Positions 24,698 to 37,400 of a stretch of DNA of 64,000 nt are shown here, one piece after another. The DNA is from Octopus sinensis. Taxonomy: Eukaryota. The translations under genes and the position numbers were made by a program. Where the stretch lies: contig NC_043006.1 in the NCBI RefSeq assembly GCF_006345805.1, positions 90,830,001-90,894,000 on the forward strand, given 5' to 3'. The notes below the pieces were generated by a model. It worked only from the letters and a program-made list of their open reading frames with translations. It searched no databases and was not told where the DNA came from. How positions within the stretch are numbered: the first letter of the stretch is position 1; every line of letters starts with the position of its first letter.

Positions 24698-26515
24698 TAA
24701 TCATTATCATCATTACTGTTCAACAGTTTCTCATGATTCTTTTGCTTTCGGAAATATTATTTTCATTATTTACTTTCTGCTGCTATTGAATTGTGTAATC
24801 GAAATCTATCTGCAACGGAATCTTCAATCTGGATATTTCCTTTTAGCTTCCCGTATTCTTGTATTTCTTATGTGGGTATTTTGTAGAAAATGCTTATTGT
24901 TTTAGATATTCCCCCAGCCTCTCGGCACTCAAAAAAGAGACTGATTAGTTTGTGAATTATAGTATCTTCTACATCTGAGGGGAATCTTCACAAGACTGCA
25001 GATGATTTATGTTACATATTGTTATGTAAGAAATATCAAAAATGCCAGTACTAGAACATATAGCTACCATCTCTAACAAATATAGAAGTACCTGTTGGCC
25101 AAGCATCCTTGTTGTTTATAAAGCAATAACAACATAAACAATAAAATGCCTGTACCATCCATGTGTTTTACTCTACACTATTGGTAATCATCAAATTCTT
25201 CACGTTAACTACAGAAATCACCATCTGAAGTGTTCTTGAAGTTTCTCAATGTTTTTGTCATGCAATTTGTATAATTTTATCCTACACGTTTGTCTAACTT
25301 AGGTACCTTGATATTCTTATGAGTATTATCAAAACCTTTCACTCTTCAATAAAATAAGACACATTCCAAATTTTATGTCAAAAGGTTTGTATAGTTCACT
25401 CTGGAGTCAAATTAGTTTTTGCTTGTATTCTCAAGTTTTTTAGTATGTTCTCAACCATGTGGCGTTGTGCTTTCTTAGATCTATCTCTATCTTACATACT
25501 TACATATAAGTTTTGATGGTAGACAAGTTACACCTTCTATACATTCATAATAGGATGACATCTGTTTTTGACCTATACGTCGGTCACATGTTCCTTTTAC
25601 ATTGATACTATTTGCAGTTCCACATGGGATCATATTCAAGTAGAAATAAATAAATTGCTGTTACTGCCTGGCAAAGTCCTAGAATCACAGATATCATAGA
25701 AATAGGTTTCTATGAGCTATACTGGAATGAACAGATCAATCAGTGCTTTTATATTGTTACTCCTGGTTGGCTGACAATATGTGCAGCATATAAATTGGCA
25801 ATAGGATGACAGCCAGTCAGTTGAGAACCATGCATATGTTTGGTACATGTGAAAGTTTATACTTTCATGTGAGATGTCATCACCATATATTTGTTTACAA
25901 TGCTTATCTTCAAACAGGCTGAGAAGTGACATGGCCAACTTGCCCTACATATGCAACCATTTACTAGTGTGTGTGTGTGTAGGTGTGTGAATGCACAAAA
26001 GTGTATATGTGTAAATTTGAAGCCTCAAGCAGCTCCAACAAGTTTGACACCTCTGTTTTAGGCTATGTTGTCTCTCTGCAAAAGAGAAAGTTTCTGAAGA
26101 GACTTTGTCAGTTAGGTTGATTTTACAGGCATTGGTGGTATACCATTTATATTCTGAAGGAATTAAAACAGCATTTGTTTTCAGTGTTTGCACATCATTT
26201 TGTGTGTGTATAGTCATTTTTGCAAAGTGTTGTAACTTACAATACAAATGATTATTTAGCATCCATTGCAATGTGTTGTCAAGAAATATATATTCTTCAG
26301 AACTAGATTTCCGTTGTTGAAGATTGATTACCATACATTCAATGCAGTTTCTTCCTTTGGATTATCATACTATCATCACGGCTACTAACCTTAGAATTCA
26401 ATTGGATAATCAAATTTGCCTATCAGCCTTAAAATCATGGTTTATCGCCTGTATTTGATCATAATGCCAATATGGCAGATATTTTCTGTTATTTTTCTTT
26501 TTTCTCTCTCTCACT

Positions 26516-26567
26516 ATTTTCAAACATGTTTCAGGCAGTTTAGTCTCCATTCATCATCAGATGACAA
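26516..26567 (-). ncRNA. Eroded hammerhead-ribozyme-like relic
   Basis: Minus strand TTGTCAT-CTGATGA-(21 nt)-GAAAC-AT-GTT-TGAAAA. Both core boxes and a palindromic stem III are present, but stems I and II no longer pair well. Confidence 0.3.
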
Positions 26568-26794
26568 ATGCTACGTTACAAAATATACTTCATTAAACTA
26601 ACATTTGAAAAACTGGTTTTACTGGAGTACATGATAGAATTGCATATAATGAATGGAATCCACATTTGTTTATAAGTAACATGTTTTGGTATAATAACGT
26701 GTTCAATGTAGCTTTTGATATTTTCAACATATAAATTTTCCAGGTGAAGGTTCAAAATATTGTTTCAAGTTTGATGTTGAGATATGTGAATTTT

Positions 26795-27760
26795 AAGTGT
26801 GAATGTTTTCCTGAAGATGGGCATCAGATGTATTGTGCAAGAGAGAAGACTGCTCTTTTTTGGTCATGTGATGTGTATGGATGAAGACAGCTTCATAATG
26901 ATCTCTAAATATGGAAGAAATGTGGAAGAAGATCTAGGAAGATATGGGAGGAAATTTTGGAAAATAATCTTCAGATTTTGAGCCTCACAGAGGAGATGAC
27001 AATGGACCAATTGGTGACTTGCTCTGCTTGAGAAAACCTACCCAGCCGAGTAAAATCATGGCCAAAATGGTGTGACCTCTATGTCCATGCTCCTGTATAC
27101 AATCTGTCCCTAACAAACCTTTCCTTTACATCAACCTTCCCAACACCTTCCCCCATTTGTATTCCCCACTCGCTGCATACCCCTCATCTCTCTCTCTCAC
27201 TTTCCTCACAAATCCACCTTCACACAATATGTCCCTGTCCATCTCTTCCCTACAACATATCCATGCCCCTCCCTCTGTTTGTGCCCACTCACTACATTCC
27301 CCTCCCCTCCACATCCCACTCATCCTATTCAACCCCTGGTTCACTTCACTACACACTTCCCTGCAACTTGGCTGTATGCCACATTACATCTTCACCATCT
27401 CTCTCCTCTCTTATCTCTTCTTGATCTCACCACTCTCTTTTTCCATTCTCTCTCCAACTGAAGTAACTTGTTTCTGTCTCTCTTCATAATCTAACTTCTC
27501 ATCACCTGGCACTAAGCCACTTCCCTCAATACTGCTTACCCATCAGTTGGGGGGGTCTTGTCTTGCAAGTTACTTGGTGCTGCGTAAAAAGCACCCAGTA
27601 CACACTGTAAAGTGGGTAACATTAGGAAGGGCATCCAACCATAGAGACCATGATAAAACAAACAGCAGAGCTTGGTCCAGTCTTCTGGCTTGCTGGCTCT
27701 CCTGTCCAATCATCTGACACAGCAAGCCCTAGGATCAAATGTGTTTTGTGCATGGCATGG
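26795..27760 (+). mobile_element. RTE LINE 3' end + pyrimidine-rich spacer + conserved tail
   Basis: KMGIRCIVQERRLLFFGHVMCMDED (RTE C-terminus), C/T-rich 27080-27545, tail from 27555. Confidence 0.75.
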
Positions 27761-27895
27761 CTATCCTGTTTTTGTTATTTTCACGTTGATAGTATATCTA
27801 ATACTTCTTTATTCAGTATATCCTTCTTATTTTAAAGCACAATTTGAATGCTATTTCTAACAGGTCAAATGACTGCATAAAGGCTCTCATTGGGT

Positions 27896-28307
27896 TTTTA
27901 TTCTTTTACTTGTTTCAGTCATTTGACTGTGGCCATTCTGGAGCACTGCCTTACAATGTTTTAGTCAAAGAAATCTACCCCAGGACTTACTGTTTGTAAG
28001 CTTAGAACTTATCTTATTGGTCACTTACAGTGATGTAAACACACCAGCATCAGTTGTAGAACGATGGTGGAGTGACAACACAGACACAAAGACACATGCG
28101 CGCACACTCACACACACACGCACGCACTCACAGATATATACATATAAATATATACAATGGACTTCTTTCAGTTTCCACCTACCAAATGCACTCACAGGGC
28201 TTTGGTCAGCCCAAAACTATAATCAGAAACACTTGCCCAAGGTGCCACACCATAGGACTGAACCCAGAATCATGTGGTTGGGAAGCAAGCTTCTTACCAC
28301 ACTGCCA
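27896..28307 (-). mobile_element. tRNA-derived SINE family B (working label), near full length
   Basis: Reverse-complement homologue of 55411-55806, with an internal (CA/TA)n tract. Confidence 0.8.
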
Positions 28308-28339
28308 AGTCTCTGTTTGAATAGTTGAAAATTGACAGG

Positions 28340-30330
28340 AAAAGAATTCAAGGTGGCTCTACATTCTTGGCATTGGATGTTTGGTGTAGGCTCTTTATGG
28401 CTGATAAGAAGAACAGATACAGATGGTTTGGGGAAGTCTTTTTGAAAGTATCACTAGGCCAGTTAGATCTGAGGAGCAGCAGCCTCTCTAGTAGTGGCAG
28501 AAAAAGCAGTTTGAAGAGACAGAATGTCTGTTAGTCAGAACTTAGAGTTCTTTGGCAATGCAACTTTGATGTTTTCTTCTCTAGCTTTTTTTTTTTTTAA
28601 AGTGGTCTAAAATGTCTTTATGTGTTGATAGTGTTCATTGAGCTTTTTAGAGGACAGTATTTGTTAAAGCTGAAGAATTTTCTGATTTGGAAAAAAAAAA
28701 ATTACCAGATTTTGTTCTGCAGTCTTCCTACTGTTGTTGTTTTGATGCCGAATATATGTTTTCTTGGTACATGTGGTCATTGTATTTTTGTACTTTTGAA
28801 AGAGACATGATTATTATGACCCCATCAAAAACTGTGCTCATGAAAGCAGTGCAAATATGACATGAGATATCTAGGTTGTATATGGATCACATTTGGGAGC
28901 AAAAGGTTAAAGGCAGAATGGATGGTATCACCTCCATAAGAGTATTATTGGAAGTGACTGCATGCAGGCTGTTGAGGAAGTATAAGAAACTCACTGAACC
29001 TTGGAGTACACCAGAATTGACGGTGGGTCAGAGAGCTCTATCAACACATGCCGTGGTGGATTTATGTAACGGGAAGCCCCTGATTCACTAGGCAAGATGA
29101 AAATGGAATCCATAAGCAAGCAGTTCTGGTAAGAAATGTGCATATCGAGATATGCCTAAGTGCTTTCATTAAATTTCTGAGGGTGAGTTATATAGGGAAG
29201 TAACTTTCCTGTAGACCAGGTCTTATAGATTGTTACTCTATAAAACCATTAAGACAGGAGACAAGTTTTCTGTGCTGGAAAAGCAATTGTTAATGAGTAT
29301 CTTTATCCCTTGTAAAATGTTGGAAGTGAACACAATGATATATGTTGACAGTTAGCAGGTCAGAAGGGTTGCCTTTCTTGGAAATAGGACACCTGTAGTT
29401 TGATTCCAAGCATCAAGATAGATCCTTGTACAAAGAAATTAAGAAATTTGGTGATGGTAGGAGCTAGCTGTGGAAAGTATGCTGTGCTTAAGGTAAATGG
29501 AAAGAGGGAATTTCCAGGGAAAGTAGTTTTGTTGGTATGGAGAAATCAGAGGTGTTTTCTTTTTCACTCTTGGCATCTTTGTGTATGTGGTTGTGGGCAT
29601 AGTGGAGGAAATAAGGATAATTTTGAGAGGAGATTTTATCTAGTGTATGCAAAGTGGGCAGCAGATATGGAGGCTTTTTCTGTGGAGTGTCAATTACAGA
29701 ACCATTATGTTTGAAAAGTCGAGAGAATTTGAAACAGCATCCTTTACATTGTAGAAGTTTCTCATTCATTTAAACCAGACTTGTATCTATTTTGTGGCTC
29801 TGAAGGCATGTGGAATGTGGACAGATATAAAACGAACAGCTTCCATTGTACATTAATCAATCTCAGAGCAGTTAGGTGGGAAACAAAATTAGTTAAAACT
29901 GACAATTTGGTGGATTTGATGTATTATAATGTGAGGTCACGCATGTTATGGGTATGCTTTATGGTTTAAATCAGAGATGAGGTAGCTGTTTAAAATAGCC
30001 TGTGGAAAAGAAGACATTTCTTTGAGAAGCTAGAAAATTGAGTGTACAAGTAGGAAAGAAGAGCATTTAGTATAGATGGTATACTATAACAGATAATTTA
30101 ATATCTAAACCTGCTGAGTTAGATTAGAAGGAGTGAGAGAACCAGGCGAGGTTGTTAACATTGAGGTAAAATGAAATTAGTCCTTTGCAAATAGGATGCT
30201 TTTGTAGAATGTCACTTAAGATTTAGTTTAAATGAAATAGATGTTGGTAGCTTATTTCAGAGTATCTTGTAGGTGTTCAGCATAAAGTCTCACTGTTGAA
30301 GACTAAAAAAAAAAAGAAAAGTCTTTATTA
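28340..30330 (-). mobile_element. Decayed L2/CR1-group LINE (end of endonuclease through RT)
   Basis: Minus-strand fragments ISKKGNPSD (P.PKKG...NYRPIS region), STGKLLPY, SGVLQGSV (GVPQGSVL motif), in the expected order. Many stops and frameshifts. Confidence 0.65.
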
Positions 30331-31589
30331 TTATTAACGATATTAAACACTTAGAAACAGGATTATATTGCAAGTGCAATTTTTGTAAAAGGTACAGCCA
30401 GGACAAATGTGGCAGATATAGAATATCAGCTGAGAGATTTCCATTTTAGGTTTAGATTTTTATGTCAGTGTGAAAACTCTAGATATTTAAGCATGTAAAT
30501 AATTTTCCTTCATCTTTTTTTTGTTGTTTCCTTGCTGTTAGTTTCTTTATAGCTTTTTGTAAAATGATGCAGATTATCAAAAAAGAAATTAGATCTCATT
30601 ATAGATTTATTTTAGTTTATAAATTCAGTTGATGTCTGCCATCTTTTCCATATTTTTTTATAATTTGAAAACATTATTTGCTTGAAATTTGTTCTTTTTG
30701 GTTATTGTTAAACCTCTTTTGTTTAAATCAACAGAAAAGCAAAATAAGCTGATATTATTTTACTATTTTTATTTAGCAAGTTTAACATCTGCAATTGATT
30801 CAACTATTATCTTTCAACTATTAGCTCAATTGTCTTTATATTGCTAAACTCATAGGTGTGTGTGTGTGTCTATGTAATAGAGTACAGACAATATCAGTCA
30901 ACTGATTTTTCTTTTAAAGAAAATTACCCAGTAATCTTTTTATACTTAAAATCTGTAGAGAAAACTTAACTTTTAAAAGCATTGATCATTCATGCATCAA
31001 TTCATCACCTTCCAGCTTATGTTTAAGACAGTGTAATTAATGTAGACTTTTGCAGGAAAACAGGTGATTTGTATAAAAGTAAAATGTAAATTCTAGCCAG
31101 TTTAGAAAATTACCTTAAGAAAGACGATTATTTTACATTGTTTTGTCTCTTCAAACATGTCATTTTTTTAATATATATATGGTTAAAAATCTTATGTTTC
31201 TTTAAATAACACTATCACTTTTGATTTAAAAACAAATATTATTCTACTCTTATTGTTCAGATTTTATTTTCTCAAGAAAGTTGGTTCAAATAGAATGTTA
31301 AATTTGTTTTGAATGTCTTTTCTATTGCCTTTTCTTTCTTCTTTCAAATAACAGTATGTGTATGGTTTACGAACATGAAATCAAATTTTGGAAATATCAC
31401 AGAGAAGCCACTATTTACATAATTAAAGTCATCTTTCACTTCTTTCATTTAATCCTCTTTATATTTTTCATTTATTTTTATTTTTGTCATTCAGTGTCTT
31501 CTCTATTGATTTGTGATGTTAAAACCCATAAGCTAAGTGTCTAAGATTTAAAATGTGTGAATATTTCAGATGGAATAATATCAATATGA

Positions 31590-31648
31590 GATTATTATTG
31601 TTGTTGTTGTTGTTGTTGTTATATCAGTATATAATAATAATCATAATC

Positions 31649-31725
<77 letters not shown>

Positions 31726-31732
31726 GACTATG

Positions 31733-31782
<50 letters not shown>
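31590..31782. repeat. (TTG)n-(AAT)n-(ATT)n compound microsatellite containing a ~113-nt palindrome
   Basis: Arms 31631-31685 and 31686-31743 are reverse complements apart from one extra ATT unit and one substitution. Confidence 0.95.
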
Positions 31783-31783
<1 letters not shown>

Positions 31784-32616
31784 TTATTTAAAATTGGTGA
31801 CAGTGTCTTAATTCAATTGTTTTTTCAATAATGAGATCTGTTTCTTGACTTTCTCTAATGTACTTTAGTCAGTCATCCGGAAACTGAATTACATTATATG
31901 TTATTAAAACATGAGATTTAATCACATGTCACCTATGTCTCTGCTTTCACTGAAATTAATATTCTATTGAATATATTGCAAATATTCTATGACCTCGGGG
32001 TTTTTTAATCTTTATTTTAGAACTTTTTAATCAACAAACCAATATCTGCTGGAACATTCATCTTTCTAATAAACAGATATCTTTCAAAGTTTGGATTGGA
32101 TAGGTTTGGTCAGTGACGAATGTTGAAGTTAGGTTTCTTGCTCAGTCTTCATTCTTTAGTTTTCTTATACACTAGTGACTGTTTATTGCAAACAAACTGG
32201 TTAGCACTGGTTCATTTTCATAGCATTTCTGTGCTAGATTTCTATCCTTTTCCCCAGTTCATATGCATTGCAGGTTAATATTTTTTGTAATTTTATTGTG
32301 TCTGGGGTAAGTCATTCTGTTTAATTAACATGTGCACCGGTTTGATATCCACTCATTTATTCATTCATTTTTTCTAAAATTTTCGTTGCCTCTTTGCAAC
32401 CTCTTCAATAGTCATTGACTGTCCGAAACGAAATTATTTGTAATCTTTTTCTGTTTTCTTCTGAATTTATTCATTTTGGAATACTTTAATAACATGAAAA
32501 ATGAAGTGAGAGTATTTTTGTGCTTATCCAGCTCCTACTATTGATTATAATTTGAATAGAGAAGTGACAGTGAATCTAATTTGAATTGCATTGTGTTCAA
32601 AGCAATAAGTCACACA

Positions 32617-32663
<47 letters not shown>

Positions 32664-32674
32664 TATATATATGC

Positions 32675-32956
32675 TTATTCTATCAGTTTCTTTTACTGAA
32701 CTACTAAGTTATGAGGACATAGGCACAACAGCACCAGTTGTCAAGTGGTGGTGGTAGACTAACACAGACACAAGGACACATATAGAGATATTTATATACA
32801 TATATTCAACAGGCTTCTTTCAGTTTCCATCTTCCAAATCCACTCACAAAGCTTTAGTCAGCCTGGGGCTATAGTAGAAGACACTGGCCCAAAGGATTGA
32901 ACCCTGAGTCATGTGGTTGGGAAGCAAGCTTCTTACCACACAGCCACACGTGTGCC
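32675..32956 (-). mobile_element. SINE family B
   Basis: Homologous to 27896-28307 and 55411-55806; preceded by a (CA)n tract at 32610-32670. Confidence 0.75.
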
Positions 32957-33112
32957 TATATATATATATATATATAAATACAGTGTACATTTAAACACAT
33001 AAGAGATGGCCATAACAAGACATCTGACCCGCTAGAAGGAGTAGTTAAGCTCCAAAGCACTATTAGGGGTAATTTCGAAAGGAAGTGAAAAATAAAAACA
33101 TTTAACCTCTAT

Positions 33113-33184
33113 TTCCTGTACCATGGTTTCAAGCTATCTTCATAAATAAAATAATTTACTAGGCGAAGCTCTCGTCAGCAGGAA
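33113..33184 (-). ncRNA. Minimal type I hammerhead ribozyme (Penelope-like-element type)
   Basis: Minus strand TTCCTG-CTGACGA-GAGCT-(31 nt)-AGCTT-GAAA-CCATGG-TA^CAGGAA. Stem I is 6 bp perfect, the core CUGACGA/GAAA is intact, stem II is 5 bp (G.U closing), stem III is the palindrome ACCATGGT, and the cleavage triplet is GUA (cut predicted between 33119 and 33118). Confidence 0.88.
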
Positions 33185-33289
33185 CGCCAAGATTAACATA
33201 TAAAGACGAGGCAATACAGAACATGCCTCATGTTTACATGTTATAATTTTTCAAAATCCACTGCTTTTGTTATGCACCAGGTTTGACAG

Positions 33290-34430
33290 TTGTTAATTCT
33301 AATGTTTTCTTTGTTTTGCAACATTGATATCATCACTTTTCGAAATGCAATTCATGGTGACTGACTATATTGTGAGTTTTCTCTTGTAAATCAAACTGAC
33401 TATATTGTGAGTTTTCTCTTGTAAATCAATTTTTGTGAACCCATGAATAGATAAAAAATTTGTGTTGTTTATGAATATGAATTCTGTCATGGAACCAGTG
33501 CATCCCAGGCAGCTTGAAACATCAATGAGGTATTTGGTGAAGATGTGGCAAATGAGTGTACTGTACATCGATGGTTTGAGATGTTCCACTCTGGTGACTT
33601 TACTCTTAAAAATCAGCCCCATGGTAGACCTGACACGAAGATGGATAATGATGAGCTGGAAACTGTAGTGGAAGTGGATACATCTCAAACTATGCATGAG
33701 TTAGCAGCAAGGTTTGATGTTTCGATTCCAACTGTATTGGACAATCTGAAAAATTGGCAAGGTAAAGAAACTGGACAAGTGGGTACCACAGGAACTGAAT
33801 GAGCATCAAATGACACGTCATCTTGAAACTTGCTGTTCTGTTGTCATGGCATAAAAGCAAAATTGTATTGTTATGTGTGAGGAAAAATGGATTCTTTTCA
33901 ACAATAGCAAGTGTTCTGTATGGTGGTTGGATAGAGACAAAGTGCCAAAACACAATCCCCAAAAAAAGAATATTCACCAAAAAGAGCTAATGGTGTCTCT
34001 ATGGTGATCCAGTGCTTGTGTCCTCCACTGCAGCTTCATGAGACCTGGTAAGTCAATTACAGTGGATGTATACATCAACCAATTGGATGAAATGAAGAGT
34101 GAATTTGCAATTAAACAACTGAGATCAGTCAATAGAGACAGGCCAATTCTCTTGCAAGTCAATGCTCAATCACATGCTGCACAAAGAACACTACTGACTA
34201 TCACATTTTCCAGGCATTAGACAACAAGGGAAAAAACTTCAAATCTGAAGGATATGCAAAAACAGCCTTTCATAATTTCATCACCTTTTGCTCTCCAGAA
34301 TTCTTCACTGCCAGCATAAATAAGCTACCGATAAAATTCAGAACTGTGTTGATAAATGTAGGTGCATACTTTGATTAACTGCATTGCTTTTCAGTTAAAA
34401 ATTGGACATTTCATTCTTAATGACCTGATA
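33290..34430 (+). mobile_element. Decayed mariner transposon (transposase pseudogene with internal deletion, right TIR retained)
   Basis: EVFGEDVANECTVHRWFEMFHSGDFTLKNQPHGRP (HTH), KKLDKWVPQEL (WVPHEL motif), MCEEKWILF, KELMVSLW, ILLQVNAQSH (D34D region), C-terminal FFTASINKLP. Right end cattcttaatgacctga-TA. Confidence 0.9.
33360..33429. repeat. Perfect 35-bp tandem duplication in mariner 5' UTR
   Basis: actgactatattgtgagttttctcttgtaaatcaa x2. Confidence 0.95.
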
Positions 34431-37400
34431 TATATATATATGTGCACACACACACACCACACACACACAAATTCTATACACAAGGCCTGCAGTTACAGTA
34501 AAAAATGTACCCAGCAGTGAGATGGTGAAATGGTGGATATTAGTTAAAAACAATATATATTTTATGAGTAGTCAAATATAATTCTTTTAACAGATATTAC
34601 AATATAGAATATATATTTCATTCTGAGTACAGTCCTTACAATTCTTTTTCATGTCAGTTTCATTGTTACTGAATTGGAAACAAGTCATGAAGAATTATTA
34701 AATTTAGTGATCGATTGTTGATTAAATAGGTATTTTGAAACTATTTACATTTCATCTGTAATCCTAGTTTAATATAGCATGTCAGAGATGGAGCTGTTTG
34801 GTCTGAACTAATGCTGTGAAAAGTTTTAATAGTTCACTTACTTTTCAATCAATCTTTATCAATTAGAATAATGCATTGAAATAATTATTGATCAACAATG
34901 TCATTCAAGATAGATTTCACACTTCTCACCACTTAAAGTAAGCAACAAGCAAGAATATAATATTTAGTGATCTCTTTTCAATTATTCAGATTTTGGCGTT
35001 TTTATCATCATCATCATCATCATGTGTTTTTCTTTCTATTTTTGCTTTTGTAGTAATTCACTAATTGAAAGTGACAGATGGCAAAATAACACATTCTTTG
35101 GTATACTTGTGAATTAAATTGATTTTATTGTAGCTACATATTGCTTTTGTGATGTTATGTACTGAGCTGAAATTGGAAGTCACAAGCAAATTTGAAAAGA
35201 GTAATAGTACATGACTATTAAATAATCTTTTACAAGCTATTCAACTTTAACTCTTCTATGCTTTAAAATGGAAGTTAATTACAATAGCAATTCTAGATTA
35301 AGATATCTACTTTGCTGAAGAAAATAAACTGAATATCTTATCAATGTTTCACAATTTATTTTATCGCAGTTATTGAACTCTTTTCAAAATACTCTCACAC
35401 ATACATGTATGGAATTTTCATTTATTTATGGAACTTTTTCACATTTTAGTGAACTATTTATGAGAGATGGTAGTGCAGCACTTTTTGCGGGGCTGTTTTA
35501 TGATTTTTACTCAGATATTGTTACACTATATTATATTCTTGGCATATCTTTGCAGAACATATATTGGAGGACCTTATAAATAGACAATATATACTCTACT
35601 AAAACAATGTAACACTCGTGAGGTAATCAAGATAGTGTTGCTCAGAATTAAGAAAAGGAGAATGGTTCTCTACAGAGATAAAGTGTAGCTGAATATGATT
35701 GAGAGAGAAGAGCATTGATAGAAAAGGAGGTGGGAAAGGTCAAGGATATATGTCTGGTCATTGGGGAATGATTTGTGTTATTAAGTTAGTTGCTCAAAGG
35801 TTTAGCTACATAATACACTTTGAACTGGCTCATGAAGAAACTTCTCATACAAGTTGATCAAATTTGGAATGTAGAATGCAAAAATATATTTAGCATAAGT
35901 GAAACATTGTATTTGGAAACTATAAAGAGTTCTGAATAGAGAAGTATGTTATTCATTAAATAACAAGTAACGTTTCTTTTTTTCCTTACACATTTGCTTC
36001 TTGAATGGAATTGATTTTATTTATTCTATAAGAAAGAATAAGCAACATATAAATATTCTGAGACCCTAAAATTGCTAAAAGTATTAGTGTATATATTAAG
36101 AAACTGAATTTACCTTCCTTGTAAGAAAAATAAAGAACAATATATCAATAAACCACTTGTTAAAAGTAGTTGATATGGCGTGTGTGGTGGGGATGCATAT
36201 ATGTATGTATATTCATACACAAACATATACACCCTTCACACATACACATGTATGAATACATAATTTATATTCAGTAAGATTTGGGATCAGACCCTAAACA
36301 GAAATTTGTTAAATTCATATCTGATTTACAGATTGAGCCAATTAGCTAACTTGCAGTAAATTATAATTTGCATGGAACAAAGTTCTAATTTTGTTGTAGC
36401 AATATTCTTCTAAGTATTTAATCTGATAAGTTTAAATTTTAAATCCTCCATTGCCACCTAAGAATGGGAAAGAGGGTGTGCATTAAATCAAATAATGTGG
36501 AAGTGGAGAAGGAGTTTGTGTCTCGACTAATCTGTTTTTACTTTATCTTTCAAACTGTACAAAGCCTTATCCTTGCCACTATGTTAATATACATATAGGA
36601 TAATACTGTATCACTAAATGTTTTATGTTTACTTTTAAATTCAATTTTGTATCTTTATTGAATTTTTATCTCTTACAATTTTTTTTTTTTTTTTGAAGTA
36701 TGCAGCTATCAGGTTGCCTATTAGTATTCATGTACAAAATAAAATGGAAAATGAAAAAAGAAATTCCTTGAATTTCTACAGACACAAAGGTCATATTCTC
36801 TTCAAATTTCCCAAGTAGCTCTTAGTTGTTCAGTGGTCATCTTTTTGTCTTGATGCAGAAGAAAGAGTTTGTTTTTTTATTTGATAAAACATTGTAATTA
36901 ATGTCTGTCTATGAAATTATCTTCTCTTCTGTGTAAGCCTTGTTCACAGGCAAAAATTCTTGGCTGTCTTTATTTATTGTCAATTTTGATGTCACAGTGT
37001 CTCCTTTGCAAAGGTATGGCTGCAAATGTAATTATTGACTGTCACTCTTCTATTTTCTTGTTTGTTTGTTTTTTTTATTCTTGTTTTGTTTTATTAATTA
37101 CTTGTTTATAATGTTACATTGTGTTTGGAAATGTGTAAGACTATATAATGAAGTACTAAAATATCTATATCTGTCACACCTCCTTTGTTTATATCAATAA
37201 TTATTGGTGTCCAGTGACCATGTCACAAAACTTATTATTAATTTCTATGTTTTGTTTATGAATTCCAATACTTTGTAAATGATTTCCTGGTTAAATTTGC
37301 CACAAGAGAGGGGACAATTCTGAAAAGTTAACTTGTCTTATAAGAACTGATTAATTTTTATGTAGTCAGTACACATTTCTTAATACTTAGCTGTTAATGC

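Noticed and set aside
25515-25660. Minus-strand exon-like stretch ending in a perfect gtaagt donor (…PCGTANSINVKGTCDRR…)
   Set aside because: Weak acceptor, no recognisable protein similarity and no partner exons.
25945-26334. 129-aa minus-strand ORF, possibly a LINE endonuclease relic
   Set aside because: No catalytic motif could be identified confidently, and the ORF ends in a (CA)n tract.
28870-29091. AG|GTTGTATATGGATCACATTTGG as RXYLT1 exon 3 (GLYLWEH)
   Set aside because: In the required phase it reads GCIWITFG. The region is the antisense strand of an L2/CR1 LINE.
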